The position numbers and the translations under genes are program-made. A stretch of DNA of 64,000 bases from Dehalococcoides mccartyi. Lineage in GTDB: Bacteria > Chloroflexota > Dehalococcoidia > UBA2979. The DNA lies in NCBI GenBank assembly GCA_945865925.1, contig CAMBFG010000006.1:64760-128759 (forward strand), in the 5' to 3' direction. This document shows, piece by piece, positions 38,527-47,571 of the stretch (within the stretch, counting starts at the first letter, position 1; each line of letters opens with the position of its first letter). Below the pieces are notes generated by a model. That model did no database searches and had not been told where the DNA came from. It saw only the letters and a list, made by a program, of their open reading frames with translations.

Positions 38527-39084
38527 CTAGACCGACAGGAGCTCGCGCTCCTTCTCCTTCGCCATCACCTCGATCTTCTCGACGTACTGCTGGGTGAGGC
38601 GGTCGATCTCGGCAGAGGCGTTGTCGCTCTCGTTCTCGGAGATACTGCCGTCCTTCAGGGCCTTCTTGACCTCGTCGTGAGCGTGACGGCGGATGTTGCG
38701 GACGGAGACGCGCGACTCCTCGGTCTTGGTGTGGACCTGCTTCGTCATCTCTTTGCGCCGCTGTTCGGTGAGCGGGGGGATGGGGAGGCGGATGATGCGG
38801 CCGTCGCTGTTCGGTGTGATGCCGATGTCGGACGCCTGGATCGCCTTGATGATCGCGTCCACCGTGGTGCGGTCGAACGGCGTGATGCTGATCAACTGCG
38901 CCTCGGGCGTGGCGAGGTTGGCGAGCTGGATGAGGGTCATCTTCGCGCCGTACACATCGACCATGAGGTGCTCGACGAGGGCGGTGGAGGCGCGGCCGGT
39001 GCGCACGCCCGTGAGGTCACGTTCGAAGGCGTTGACGGCGCCTTCCATCTTGCCTTCGGCCTCAAGGAGGATCTCGTCGGTCAT
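38527..39084 (-). CDS. frr: Ribosome recycling factor (start ATG 39084)
   Basis: MTDEILLEAEGKMEGAVNAFERDLTGVRTGRAS... full-length RRF; track ORF extension upstream is spurious. Confidence 0.9.
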   Translation of the reverse strand: MTDEILLEAEGKMEGAVNAFERDLTGVRTGRASTALVEHLMVDVYGAKMTLIQLANLATPEAQLISITPFDRTTVDAIIKAIQASDIGITPNSDGRIIRLPIPPLTEQRRKEMTKQVHTKTEESRVSVRNIRRHAHDEVKKALKDGSISENESDNASAEIDRLTQQYVEKIEVMAKEKERELLSV

Positions 39085-39176
39085 CGCGACCTCCAGGACT
39101 GCGCGGGTGGTGGGTGAGGGCGAGCGTACCGCAATCCTGCCGGGCGCTCGCCCTCGAATGGCTGCCGTGAAGGCGG

Positions 39177-39689
39177 CTACTTGCCGCCGATCTCGAAGCG
39201 GGAGAAGCGGGCGATGCGCACGTTCTCGCCGGTGGTGGAGATCACGTCCTGAAGCAGGTCGGCGATGGACTTCTTGCTGTCCTTGATGAACGCCTGCGTG
39301 AGGAGGGCGTTCTCCTCCTTCGTGCCGGGCGCGCCATCCGGGACCTCGTCCGCGGTCAGGGCGAGCGGGCTCATGGCGGCGACCTGCATGGCGACGTCGC
39401 GGGCGAGGCCCTTGAACGCGTCCGTGCGGGCGACAAAGTCGGTCTCGCACTGCAGTTCCACGATGGCGCCGATGCGGCCCTGGCCGTGGATGTAGGCCTC
39501 CACGATGCCCTGGCCGGTCTGGCGGTCGGAACGCTTCGCGGCAGCGGCGACGCCGCGCTCGCGCAGGAGTTCCTTCGCCTTGTTGAAGTCGCCGCCGGCT
39601 TCCTCAAGGGCCTTCTTCGCGTCCATGACGCCCGCGCTGGTCTCCTCGCGGAGCCGCTTCACGTCCTCAGTGCTGATAGCCACAGTCAT
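39177..39689 (-). CDS. tsf: Elongation factor Ts (short form)
   Basis: MTVAISTEDVKRLREETSAGVMDAKKALEEAGGDFNKA UBA-like N-terminus, TDFVARTD core. Confidence 0.85.
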   Translation of the reverse strand: MTVAISTEDVKRLREETSAGVMDAKKALEEAGGDFNKAKELLRERGVAAAAKRSDRQTGQGIVEAYIHGQGRIGAIVELQCETDFVARTDAFKGLARDVAMQVAAMSPLALTADEVPDGAPGTKEENALLTQAFIKDSKKSIADLLQDVISTTGENVRIARFSRFEIGGK

Positions 39690-39771
39690 GCTCCTCGGCT
39701 GGCCCGACCACGCTGGGTCGGGCGGGGATGCGGGCGCACGGGTCACCCGCACGCCCGAGGTCGGGCGCGGA

Positions 39772-40506
39772 CTACTCCCGCGCGGCTTGGTACTGCTGCT
39801 CGACTTCGCCGACCGCGACGCCCTCGAGGACGGCGTCCGCGATGCGGCCCGTCATCAACTGGATGGCGCGGATCGCGTCGTCGTTCGACGGGATCGGGAA
39901 GTCGACGTGGTCCGGGTCGGCGTTCGTGTCGCACATGGCGATGATCGGGACGCCGGCACGGCGGGCTTCCTGGACGGCGTTCGCCTCCATCGTCGGGTCG
40001 ACGACGAAGACAGCGCCGGGGAGTCGGGTCATGTTGCGCAGGCCGCCGAAGGCGCGCTCAAGGCGCTCGTAGTCTTTCGCCAGCATCATTTGCTCGCGCT
40101 TGGTCAGGCCTTCGGCGTCCAGGACTTCTTCGCCGGCCTTGATGCGGGCCTCGAGGCTCTTGAAGTACTCGATGCGGCGGCTGACGGTGATGAAGTTGGT
40201 GAGCGTGCCACCGAGCCAGCGGCTGGTGACGTAGGGCTGCCCGGCACGGGTGGCCTCGGCGATGATGATGCCGCGGGCCTGCTTCTTGGTGCCGATGAAG
40301 AGCACCTGGTCGCCCGCGGAGACGACCTCCTGCACCTTGGTCACGGCGGCGTCGAGGCCCTTGACCGTGAGTGCGAGGTCCAGGATGTGGATGCCGTTAC
40401 GGGCGGTGAAGATGAAGCGCCCCATGTGGGGGTTCCATCGACGGGTCTGGTGGCCGAAGTGAACTCCGGCCTCCAGCATCTGACGCATGCTGACGCCTGC
40501 AGCCAT
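39772..40506 (-). CDS. rpsB: 30S ribosomal protein S2
   Basis: MLEAGVHFGHQTRRWNPHM signature. Confidence 0.9.
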   Translation of the reverse strand: MAAGVSMRQMLEAGVHFGHQTRRWNPHMGRFIFTARNGIHILDLALTVKGLDAAVTKVQEVVSAGDQVLFIGTKKQARGIIIAEATRAGQPYVTSRWLGGTLTNFITVSRRIEYFKSLEARIKAGEEVLDAEGLTKREQMMLAKDYERLERAFGGLRNMTRLPGAVFVVDPTMEANAVQEARRAGVPIIAMCDTNADPDHVDFPIPSNDDAIRAIQLMTGRIADAVLEGVAVGEVEQQYQAARE

Positions 40507-40675
40507 CGCTGCCTCTCTTTCTCGCGCGGCCTCCGTATAGATTTACCCGTGCTGGACGCCCGGGCAGGACGGTGGCTCACCTGTTCTCGTGACTCGGTTG
40601 AGTATGGGGCAGGGGTGGCGGAGGCGCCAACGTTCCGGAGATGAGTGATCCTCGAAAAAGCAGATGAGAACATAT

Positions 40676-40689
40676 GTTTCACGTGAAAC
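40676..40689. promoter_or_regulatory. Perfect 14-bp palindrome GTTTCACGTGAAAC in rpsB/fmdB divergent intergenic region
   Basis: Read directly; preceded by catatg; candidate dimeric regulator site. Confidence 0.3.
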
Positions 40690-40791
40690 AGGGCGAGCTA
40701 GATTCGATCGGGATAGGGGGCGGCGGTCCCGATGGGGTCGGGAGGCGCCTGAGGCGTCGCGCGCGGGGGGTTCTGCGCACCGGTTGTACTC

Positions 40792-40818
40792 GGATCTGAG
40801 TCGCGCCGACTCAGATCC
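40792..40818. repeat. Perfect inverted repeat GGATCTGAGTCG-cgc-CGACTCAGATCC (12-bp arms, 3-nt loop)
   Basis: Read directly; not followed by T-tract on either strand, so not a classic terminator. Confidence 0.3.
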
Positions 40819-40935
40819 TTGGGGCTGTGTCGAAGGCCCTTGGGTGACACCTTGGACTTGGTGATCCTGGTGCGGTCGTTGTCCCGTCTGGCGAGGGGTG
40901 CCTAGACTCGGGGTGACCGGGTTCGGGGAGGTTCT

Positions 40936-41277
40936 ATGCCGACGTATGAGTACAAGTGCTCGGCGGGGCATCAGTACGAGATGCAGCAGCCATTCGGGTC
41001 ACCGGCGGAGCAGCCGTGTACGAAGTGCGGGAAGCCTGCGCTCCGGGTGCTCTTCGCGCCGCCGCTCGTCTTCAAGGGTGGCGGCTTCTACAAGACCTCC
41101 AGCCGAGGCGACCAGCGCATCGCGTCGCAGCAGGCCTCCGGTGACTCCGAGCCCGAGACGAAGTCGTTCAACGCGGGCCTCGACGACTCGACGAAGCCCG
41201 GCGCCTCCGAGGCCCAGGGCAAGCGCAAGGAGAAGGTCGAGCGCGCCGAGCCTCCTGCGAAGGTCAAAGACGAGTAG
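40936..41277 (+). CDS. FmdB-family zinc-ribbon regulatory protein
   Basis: MPTYEYKCSAGHQYE...CTKCGK N-terminal zinc ribbon typical of FmdB/CxxC_CXXC_SSSS family, acidic/lysine-rich tail. Confidence 0.7.
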   Translation: MPTYEYKCSAGHQYEMQQPFGSPAEQPCTKCGKPALRVLFAPPLVFKGGGFYKTSSRGDQRIASQQASGDSEPETKSFNAGLDDSTKPGASEAQGKRKEKVERAEPPAKVKDE

Positions 41278-41299
41278 CGCGGTCGGATAGGCGCCCCTC

Positions 41300-41773
41300 G
41301 TGCGCGCCGTCCTCCAACGTGTCCTGCGTGCCTCCGTCACGGTCGACGGTGCCCTGATCTGTGCGATCGAGGGCGGCCTGCTCGTGTACCTCGGCATCGC
41401 CCCCGACGACACCGAGGCCGAGGTGGAGTGGTTCGCGCGCAAGGTGTCGGAGATGCGCATCTTCGAGGGCGCCGGCGATCGCGCGGGGCAGATGGACCGC
41501 GCGGTCGGCGAGGCGGGCAGTTCCGTCCTCGTCGTCTCGCAGTTCACGCTCTACGCCGACACGCGGAAGGGCCGCCGTCCCTCGTTCGTCGACGCCGCCC
41601 CACCCGAGGTCGCCGCGCCACTCATCGAACGGTGCATGGACGCGCTCCGCGCCCGCGGCCTGCGCGTCGAGGGCGGCCGGTTCGGTGCGCACATGATCGT
41701 GGACGCGGTGAACGATGGCCCCGTGACGATCTTGCTCGACAGCGAGGAGATGGGCCGGTCTCGACGCGGGTAG
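41300..41773 (+). CDS. dtd: D-aminoacyl-tRNA deacylase
   Basis: MRAVLQRV...SQFTLYAD...GP motif set of DTD. Confidence 0.9.
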   Translation: MRAVLQRVLRASVTVDGALICAIEGGLLVYLGIAPDDTEAEVEWFARKVSEMRIFEGAGDRAGQMDRAVGEAGSSVLVVSQFTLYADTRKGRRPSFVDAAPPEVAAPLIERCMDALRARGLRVEGGRFGAHMIVDAVNDGPVTILLDSEEMGRSRRG

Positions 41774-41776
41774 GGG

Positions 41777-42214
41777 CTACCGCTTCGCCTTGACCGCCGC
41801 CTTTTTCGCTACCGGCTTCTTGCTTGCCGCCTTCGCCACGGCCTTCGCCGCCTCAGCCTCGATGTTCTCTTGCACTCGATGCTTCGTCATCGCGGTGATC
41901 AGGCGCACGGGCACGGGCTTGTCGAGCGGGAAGCGGATCGTTCCCTTGTCGCCGACATCGTACGCCGACAGTTCGTCGCCGAACGTCGCGAGCAGCGAGG
42001 CCGACGTGGGGTAGAGCGAGTAGTGCTGCTTCCATCCGGCGTAGTGGAAGACCGCACCGTGCAGCTTGAACGCGCCGATCTGGTACGAGATCACCTCGTC
42101 AGCGCCGGGCGCACCCTTGCGGATCGCGCCTCGGACCTTCGCGAGGACGGCCTGCACGTCCTCGGGGAACGAGGCGATGTAGTCGTCGACGGTGGTGAAG
42201 TCCGTCTTGGCCAT
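41777..42214 (-). CDS. DUF1801 (YdhG-like) domain protein with Lys/Ala-rich C-terminal tail
   Basis: MAKTDFTTVDDYIASFPEDVQ... pattern; tail KKPVAKKAAVKAKR. Confidence 0.55.
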   Translation of the reverse strand: MAKTDFTTVDDYIASFPEDVQAVLAKVRGAIRKGAPGADEVISYQIGAFKLHGAVFHYAGWKQHYSLYPTSASLLATFGDELSAYDVGDKGTIRFPLDKPVPVRLITAMTKHRVQENIEAEAAKAVAKAASKKPVAKKAAVKAKR

Positions 42215-42331
42215 CTGAGTTCTCCATGCCAATCATCGAGGGGGCCGCAGGTATCGAGATTATCAAGGACGAGGCAGGGTCGTTACGGGTTTGCGACGTG
42301 AGCGGGACGCCTCGGTTGTTAGAGTGACTGC

Positions 42332-43033
42332 ATGGATCTGTCGACAATCGAACGCATCTTCCTCGGTGACGGCTCATGGACGTTCGTCTTCGAGATCGTC
42401 TTCCGCACCATGTTCCTGTACGGGTTCATGTTCGTCCTGATGCGGCTGATGGGCCGTCGTTCGGTCACTGAACTCTCCGTCGTCGAGATCCTCCTGATCA
42501 TCGCGCTCGGCTCAGCCGTCGGTGACCCGATGTTTTACCCGGACGTCCCGCTGCTGCACGGCATGGCCGTGATCACTACCGTCGTCACACTCAATCGGGC
42601 GGTGTCGTTCCTCATCAACCGCAGCGACCGCATCGAGCGCCTCGTCGAGGGGCCCCTCGTACGTGTCGTCCATGAGGGCCACCTCGACCTCCCCGGCTTC
42701 GAGGCAGTCGAGATTGCACGGGAGGAGGCCTTTGCCCTGTTGCGCCTCAGCGGCGTCGAACACCTCGGCCAGGTGCGCGCCGCTTACCTCGAACAGAACG
42801 GGGAACTCAGCATCTTCCGTTACCCACCGGGCGAGGAGCGCGTTGGCCTGCCGATCGAGCCGCCCGAGGACGTCGAGCCGTTGGAGCGCTACGAGTTGGG
42901 GGCGCCGGTGCCCGCCGCGGGGCACTATGCGTGCTGGTCCTGCGGCGAGACTCGACTGCATGAAGAACAGATGCCGGTAGCAGCGTGCGCGTGCGAGCAC
43001 GGGTTCCGGGTGAAGGCGGCTGGCCGGGGTTAG
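42332..43033 (+). CDS. DUF421/YetF-family membrane protein
   Basis: N-terminal TM helices then RRSVTELSVVEILLIIALGSAVGDPM motif typical of YetF family. Confidence 0.7.
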   Translation: MDLSTIERIFLGDGSWTFVFEIVFRTMFLYGFMFVLMRLMGRRSVTELSVVEILLIIALGSAVGDPMFYPDVPLLHGMAVITTVVTLNRAVSFLINRSDRIERLVEGPLVRVVHEGHLDLPGFEAVEIAREEAFALLRLSGVEHLGQVRAAYLEQNGELSIFRYPPGEERVGLPIEPPEDVEPLERYELGAPVPAAGHYACWSCGETRLHEEQMPVAACACEHGFRVKAAGRG

Positions 43034-43057
43034 CCGGCCGGCCCCCTCAGCCCTCGC

Positions 43058-44575
43058 CTACCGCGGCCCGTCGCACGTCAGGCGATCCTCGTTCTCGGCC
43101 ACGAGTCGCGAGACGCGCGCGCGAGACCAGTTCCACGAGCGCAGTCCATCGCCGTCCTCGGACTGACGGTCGCGGATCGCGGTGGCCAGGATGCACTGCT
43201 CCGCGGCGGGCAGGGTGTCGAAGCGCTCGATCAGAGTGGGGATCGCGTCCGCACTGAGGATCGAGGCGTATGTGGCGTCGAACGGGCGTCCATCGTCCAA
43301 CCTCGCGAGGTTGGTGCGCGCGATGAAGCTGTCGGGGTTGAGGGCGGTGATCGCGAGGAGCACGCCAACGGCGAGGAGCGCGGCGCCAGCAAGGAAGTGC
43401 TCCATTCGGCGTCGCGCGACGGAGACGAGGAACCATACGAGCGCGACGGCGAGCCACGGGAGCGTCGCCGCGGCGTAGAGGCGGGACTCGGTGAGGCCGA
43501 AGGCGTCGCGGTAGATCGCGAGGCGCTGCCAGGCCGAGGCCATGATCACGAAGAGCAGCGCGACGAGCGTGATCGAGAATCCGATGAAGAGCCGCGAGGA
43601 AGCAACGTCTCGCTTCCGCGCCCAGTCGATGCCGGCCAGTACCGGCAAGAGCAGGAGCGACGCGACGACGAGTTGGAAGAAGCCCTCGCGCGCGTACTGC
43701 GCGTAGGTCAGGTCGATCGAGGATGTCACGGCGTCTTCGCCACCGAAGAGATAGCGGATCTGCACGACGACAAACAGCGCGAACAGCGTCGACAGCAGGC
43801 CCAGCGCAATCGCGACCTCGACGCGGCCGAGGCGGTGACGCTCGGGGACGGCGACCGCGATCTCGTTGGGGAGCGTGACGGCGACCGAGGTCGTGAGGGC
43901 CCCCGCCGCGACGACGAAGCCGAAGATCAGCCACCACACGTGAGGCCCGACTCCGTCGAAGTCGAGGTCAATGACACGGTCGACCTGCGCGGCGAACACA
44001 GCGTCGGCAGCCCGGAAGAGCAGTCCGAAGACGACGAGCAACGGGACGGTGAGCAGGACGATGCGCAGCGCGAGCAGCGCACGCCCTGCGCTGCGGCCTC
44101 GACCGGCGGTCTGCCACTGGCCTGCGGTCGCCAGCCGCAAGATCGAGATGGGGAACGAGACCCCGACGGCGATGGCGGCGGCGATGCCGGCGACGGGACT
44201 GACTCGCCGGACCGCGAGCCCAGGAGCGAGCCCGAACCCGATGGCGAGGAGGGCCAGCGCGCTCAGGATGCCGAAGACCGTGAGCGCGTCGGAGTCACGC
44301 CATCCCGACACCGAGCAGAGCAGCACGGCAATAGCCAGCACCGCGACTCGGTCAGCGGGAAGCGGCCGTCCGAAGCGCCGACCGGCAACGATCGCGAGCC
44401 CGACGATCGAGGCGACCCATACGGGAAAGTTGATCCCCAGGTCCGTCTGATGGAAGAGGACATCCGTCCATACCGCGATCAGCGCGGCGAAGCCGGCCAG
44501 CAGTCGGACCTGTGCGGCGGACAGCGCGAGGCGAGGCACGAGCAGTCGTTCGGCATACCCCGCGAAGGCGCTCAT
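43058..44575 (-). CDS. Polytopic membrane protein (DUF4153/DUF4173-like); track ORF extends to 44833, start uncertain
   Basis: ~12 predicted TM segments; ATG 44575 precedes first TM. Confidence 0.5.
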   Translation of the reverse strand: MSAFAGYAERLLVPRLALSAAQVRLLAGFAALIAVWTDVLFHQTDLGINFPVWVASIVGLAIVAGRRFGRPLPADRVAVLAIAVLLCSVSGWRDSDALTVFGILSALALLAIGFGLAPGLAVRRVSPVAGIAAAIAVGVSFPISILRLATAGQWQTAGRGRSAGRALLALRIVLLTVPLLVVFGLLFRAADAVFAAQVDRVIDLDFDGVGPHVWWLIFGFVVAAGALTTSVAVTLPNEIAVAVPERHRLGRVEVAIALGLLSTLFALFVVVQIRYLFGGEDAVTSSIDLTYAQYAREGFFQLVVASLLLLPVLAGIDWARKRDVASSRLFIGFSITLVALLFVIMASAWQRLAIYRDAFGLTESRLYAAATLPWLAVALVWFLVSVARRRMEHFLAGAALLAVGVLLAITALNPDSFIARTNLARLDDGRPFDATYASILSADAIPTLIERFDTLPAAEQCILATAIRDRQSEDGDGLRSWNWSRARVSRLVAENEDRLTCDGPR

Positions 44576-44875
44576 CGGAAGCGTCGGTGATGGGTGGACG
44601 TCGGCCTGCGACGGTTCGCCCAATGGCGCTGCCGCCTGATCCAGGAAGCCAGTCACGCTTACCTCGTCAGACCCGCCCTGAGAATGAGGGTACCGCATAA
44701 CCGCGCGCCCTGTGGCAGGTGATGATGGCCTGCCCGACGCCCCTGGGCCTACTTGGCCTCGACGAGGTACATCGAGTCTGCTGATGGCCATCAACGATCG
44801 CCGGACCGCACTGGAACAACGTCCGGAGTGCACGCGTTCTAGAGTGCAAGCGGTGAGTACTCGAAGGCGGACGGC

Positions 44876-46066
44876 ATGACTCGGTTAGCGTTGCTGGCCT
44901 CGATGTTCGTGGTGGCACTCGTTGTCGCCGGGTGTGAGGACAAGCCCGCTCCGGCCGCAGATCCGACCACGTCGCCGACAGCGAACACGATATCGCCGTC
45001 TGAGGCGGCTCCTCGAACGGCTCCGACGGCCAGTGCCACCGCCACCGAGTCGAGAAGTACTGCGCCCCCGTCCGACATCCCAGCCCTTCCCGTAGCGACC
45101 CCGCCGGATCGCTTCATCGTGAAGCGTGCTGACGGTCTCTGGCTCACCTCACTAGCGCATCCCGAACAGAATGAACGTCTGGCTTCGTCAGAGTTCGCCT
45201 ATGCAGGTGCAGTGACCGCTGGTTCCAATGCCGGGATCTACTACATCGCATCCCTCGCTGCCGGCGTCGGGAATGTCGAATTCGGTCTGTTCCGGAAACG
45301 GTCCGGCCAGGCGAGTACTCGAGTCGCCTCCGACTTCTCCGCGGTCTGCTGTGACGTTGCGATCTCACCGGACGGCGAGCACCTTGCGTATATCTCCCAC
45401 GACGGCCTGCGCATCCGAACACTCTCGTCGGGCACTGACCGCCTTGTTGACGCCCACGGGATGGGAGTGTGCAGAAGACCCGACGACTCAGGATGTGCTC
45501 GTCTGGTCCAACCCAAATGGACGACAGACGGCAGAGGTTTGACTTTCGGGGAAACAGGATACGAACAAGATCCTGTTCGTTACCTCATCGCTTCGTTTGC
45601 TAGGCCCGCTACACGGGTTCTCGTGGGCGGTGAGCTCGCACCTGATGGGCTCCAGACCTGCCACGAAGGCTATTCGAATGCACGAGGAAACCGGATCCGG
45701 TACCGCCCGAGTCCGGCACGACCTGAAGTGTTCCTTCAGCTGCTCGCGCCGCCAGGCCAGATGCTTCGGGCAATCAGTTGTGGCTGGTCTCAGGAGAGCG
45801 ATCTGGCTGCGACCTATCAGAGTTATGACGCACGTCAGGAGATGAGTCTGCTAGTCGCCGTGTTTCGGAGTGGGATACCCCAATGGACGACGGAGATCGC
45901 GGGGGTCAGGGGCTATCCGCTCGTTGGTGGGTGGCTCAGTGACTCTTCCGGAGTGGTCGTCGAAGTGTTACTAGGTCAAGGGGAGGAGCAGCATTTTCTG
46001 GTGACACGGGACAACGTCTCGGCACTCAATATCGACGGTAGGGTGATAGATATCTTGCCTGAATAG
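44876..46066 (+). CDS. Lipoprotein with Pro/Thr/Ala-rich linker and TolB-like beta-propeller repeats (lower-GC islet)
   Basis: Lipobox VVAGC; low-complexity linker; ISPDGEHLAYISHDG-type repeats; GC ~58-60% by eye. Confidence 0.6.
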   Translation: MTRLALLASMFVVALVVAGCEDKPAPAADPTTSPTANTISPSEAAPRTAPTASATATESRSTAPPSDIPALPVATPPDRFIVKRADGLWLTSLAHPEQNERLASSEFAYAGAVTAGSNAGIYYIASLAAGVGNVEFGLFRKRSGQASTRVASDFSAVCCDVAISPDGEHLAYISHDGLRIRTLSSGTDRLVDAHGMGVCRRPDDSGCARLVQPKWTTDGRGLTFGETGYEQDPVRYLIASFARPATRVLVGGELAPDGLQTCHEGYSNARGNRIRYRPSPARPEVFLQLLAPPGQMLRAISCGWSQESDLAATYQSYDARQEMSLLVAVFRSGIPQWTTEIAGVRGYPLVGGWLSDSSGVVVEVLLGQGEEQHFLVTRDNVSALNIDGRVIDILPE

Positions 46067-46118
46067 CATCGGGCGACAATCCCGCGTCGCACTGAGCGAT
46101 GCGCCAGACGGTCCGATC

Positions 46119-46667
46119 TCAGGTGGCTGCGAACACAGCCAGCCCTCTCGCGACGGCGTCCTGGACGCGGTCTGCGGTGGCGCGTGCATCGATGTCGGCC
46201 GAGGTATCGAGGGTAGCGCCGGGGATCGCGCCGCTCGCGGTGTCGCGCGACAACTCCAGGTGGAGCACGCGGACGCGGCCGTGGATCGAGTGCTCGCGCG
46301 CGGCATCGCGTTGCAGGGCGACCTCGAGCGTTGGGAGCAGGGTGACGAGGTGGGTGGGGGCGCCGATGCCTTCGAGGGCGGCGCGGTAGAGGGGGGCGGC
46401 CTCGGCGGTCACGACATCGGAGATCACCACGGCGTAGCGGAGCGCGATCGACTCGCGGGCGATGGCGCAGGCGTTGCGGATGGCGAGCAGGCGCTGCTCC
46501 TGGGCCTGGCGGTCGGTCTCCCAGGGGCGGCGGTAGCCGGCCTTCACGGCGTGGCGGAGGTCGTCCACCTCGATGTGGACCATGCGGTCGAAGCGTTCGC
46601 AGAGGGCTTCGGCGACGCTGGTCTTCCCGGCGCCGGGGGGGCCGCTGAGGATGATGATCTGCTCCAC
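46119..46667 (-). CDS. P-loop NTPase/kinase (Walker A GPPGAGKT), distal gene of nad operon
   Basis: MEQIIILSGPPGAGKTSVAEAL Walker A; 14 nt downstream of nadC on same strand. Confidence 0.6.
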   Translation of the reverse strand: MEQIIILSGPPGAGKTSVAEALCERFDRMVHIEVDDLRHAVKAGYRRPWETDRQAQEQRLLAIRNACAIARESIALRYAVVISDVVTAEAAPLYRAALEGIGAPTHLVTLLPTLEVALQRDAAREHSIHGRVRVLHLELSRDTASGAIPGATLDTSADIDARATADRVQDAVARGLAVFAAT

Positions 46668-46680
46668 GGGGCGTGCCTTC

Positions 46681-47571
46681 CTAGGCGGGGCGGACGTCGA
46701 GGGAGATATCGAGGGCGGGGGCGGAGTGGGTGAGCGCGCCGCAGGAGATGAGGTCGACGCCGGTGGCGGCGACGTCCGCGATGGTGGCGAAGGTGATGCC
46801 GCCGGAGGCCTCGAAGAGGACGCGCGCGTAGGCCGGTTCTTTGCGGGCGTCCGCGACGATGGCGGCCATCATCTCCGGCGTCATGTTGTCGAGCAGGATG
46901 ACGTCCGCGCCACCCTCGAGGGCGGCAAAGGCCATCGCGGGGGTGGTGACCTCGATCTCCAGGCGGAGCGTGTGTGGGACCTCGGCGCGTACGGAGGCGA
47001 GGAGCGCGGGGATGGCGACGCCGCGGTGGGCGGCGGCCTCGATGTGGTTGTCCTTGATCAGGACGCCGTCCTGCAGCGTGTCGCGGTGGTTGCGCGCGCC
47101 GCCGACACGCACGGCATAGCGTTCGAGGGCGCGGAGGCCGGGCGTGGTCTTGCGTGTGTCGACGACGCGCGCGCGGCCGCCCTTCGCCGCCGCCTCGACG
47201 TACTGGCGCGAGAGGGTGGCGATGCCGCTCATGCGCTGCATGAGGTTGAGCGCGACGCGCTCGCCCGACAGCATCGGACCGAGCGGGCCCTTCACGGTCG
47301 CGACGACGGTGCCGGACTCGACCCACGCGCCCTCGGGTGTGGTCGCGTGGAGCGCGATGCCGGGGTTCACCTGGCGGAAGACGTGCGCGACGACATCGAT
47401 GCCGCAGACGACACCGTCCTGCTTGTAGAGGATGGTCGCTTCGCCTCGCTGGTCAGGGGTGACGGTCGCGCGGGTCGTCACGTCGAAGCCCGCGCGGTCC
47501 TCGGCAAGTGCGTTCGCGACGATCGCCGCGACGACGGATGCCGCCGGCGGGGAGGCCTCGTTGTTTGTCAT
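46681..47571 (-). CDS. nadC: Nicotinate-nucleotide pyrophosphorylase (quinolinate phosphoribosyltransferase); start ATG 47571
   Basis: QPRTase fold motifs (LIKDNHI, DVILLDNM); ATGA-type overlap with nadB stop. Confidence 0.9.
   Translation of the reverse strand: MTNNEASPPAASVVAAIVANALAEDRAGFDVTTRATVTPDQRGEATILYKQDGVVCGIDVVAHVFRQVNPGIALHATTPEGAWVESGTVVATVKGPLGPMLSGERVALNLMQRMSGIATLSRQYVEAAAKGGRARVVDTRKTTPGLRALERYAVRVGGARNHRDTLQDGVLIKDNHIEAAAHRGVAIPALLASVRAEVPHTLRLEIEVTTPAMAFAALEGGADVILLDNMTPEMMAAIVADARKEPAYARVLFEASGGITFATIADVAATGVDLISCGALTHSAPALDISLDVRPA

Noticed and set aside
40543-40971. 142-aa minus-strand ORF inside the rpsB/fmdB intergenic region
   Set aside because: Overlaps the fmdB start and the palindromic elements; composition and lack of RBS suggest non-coding regulatory DNA
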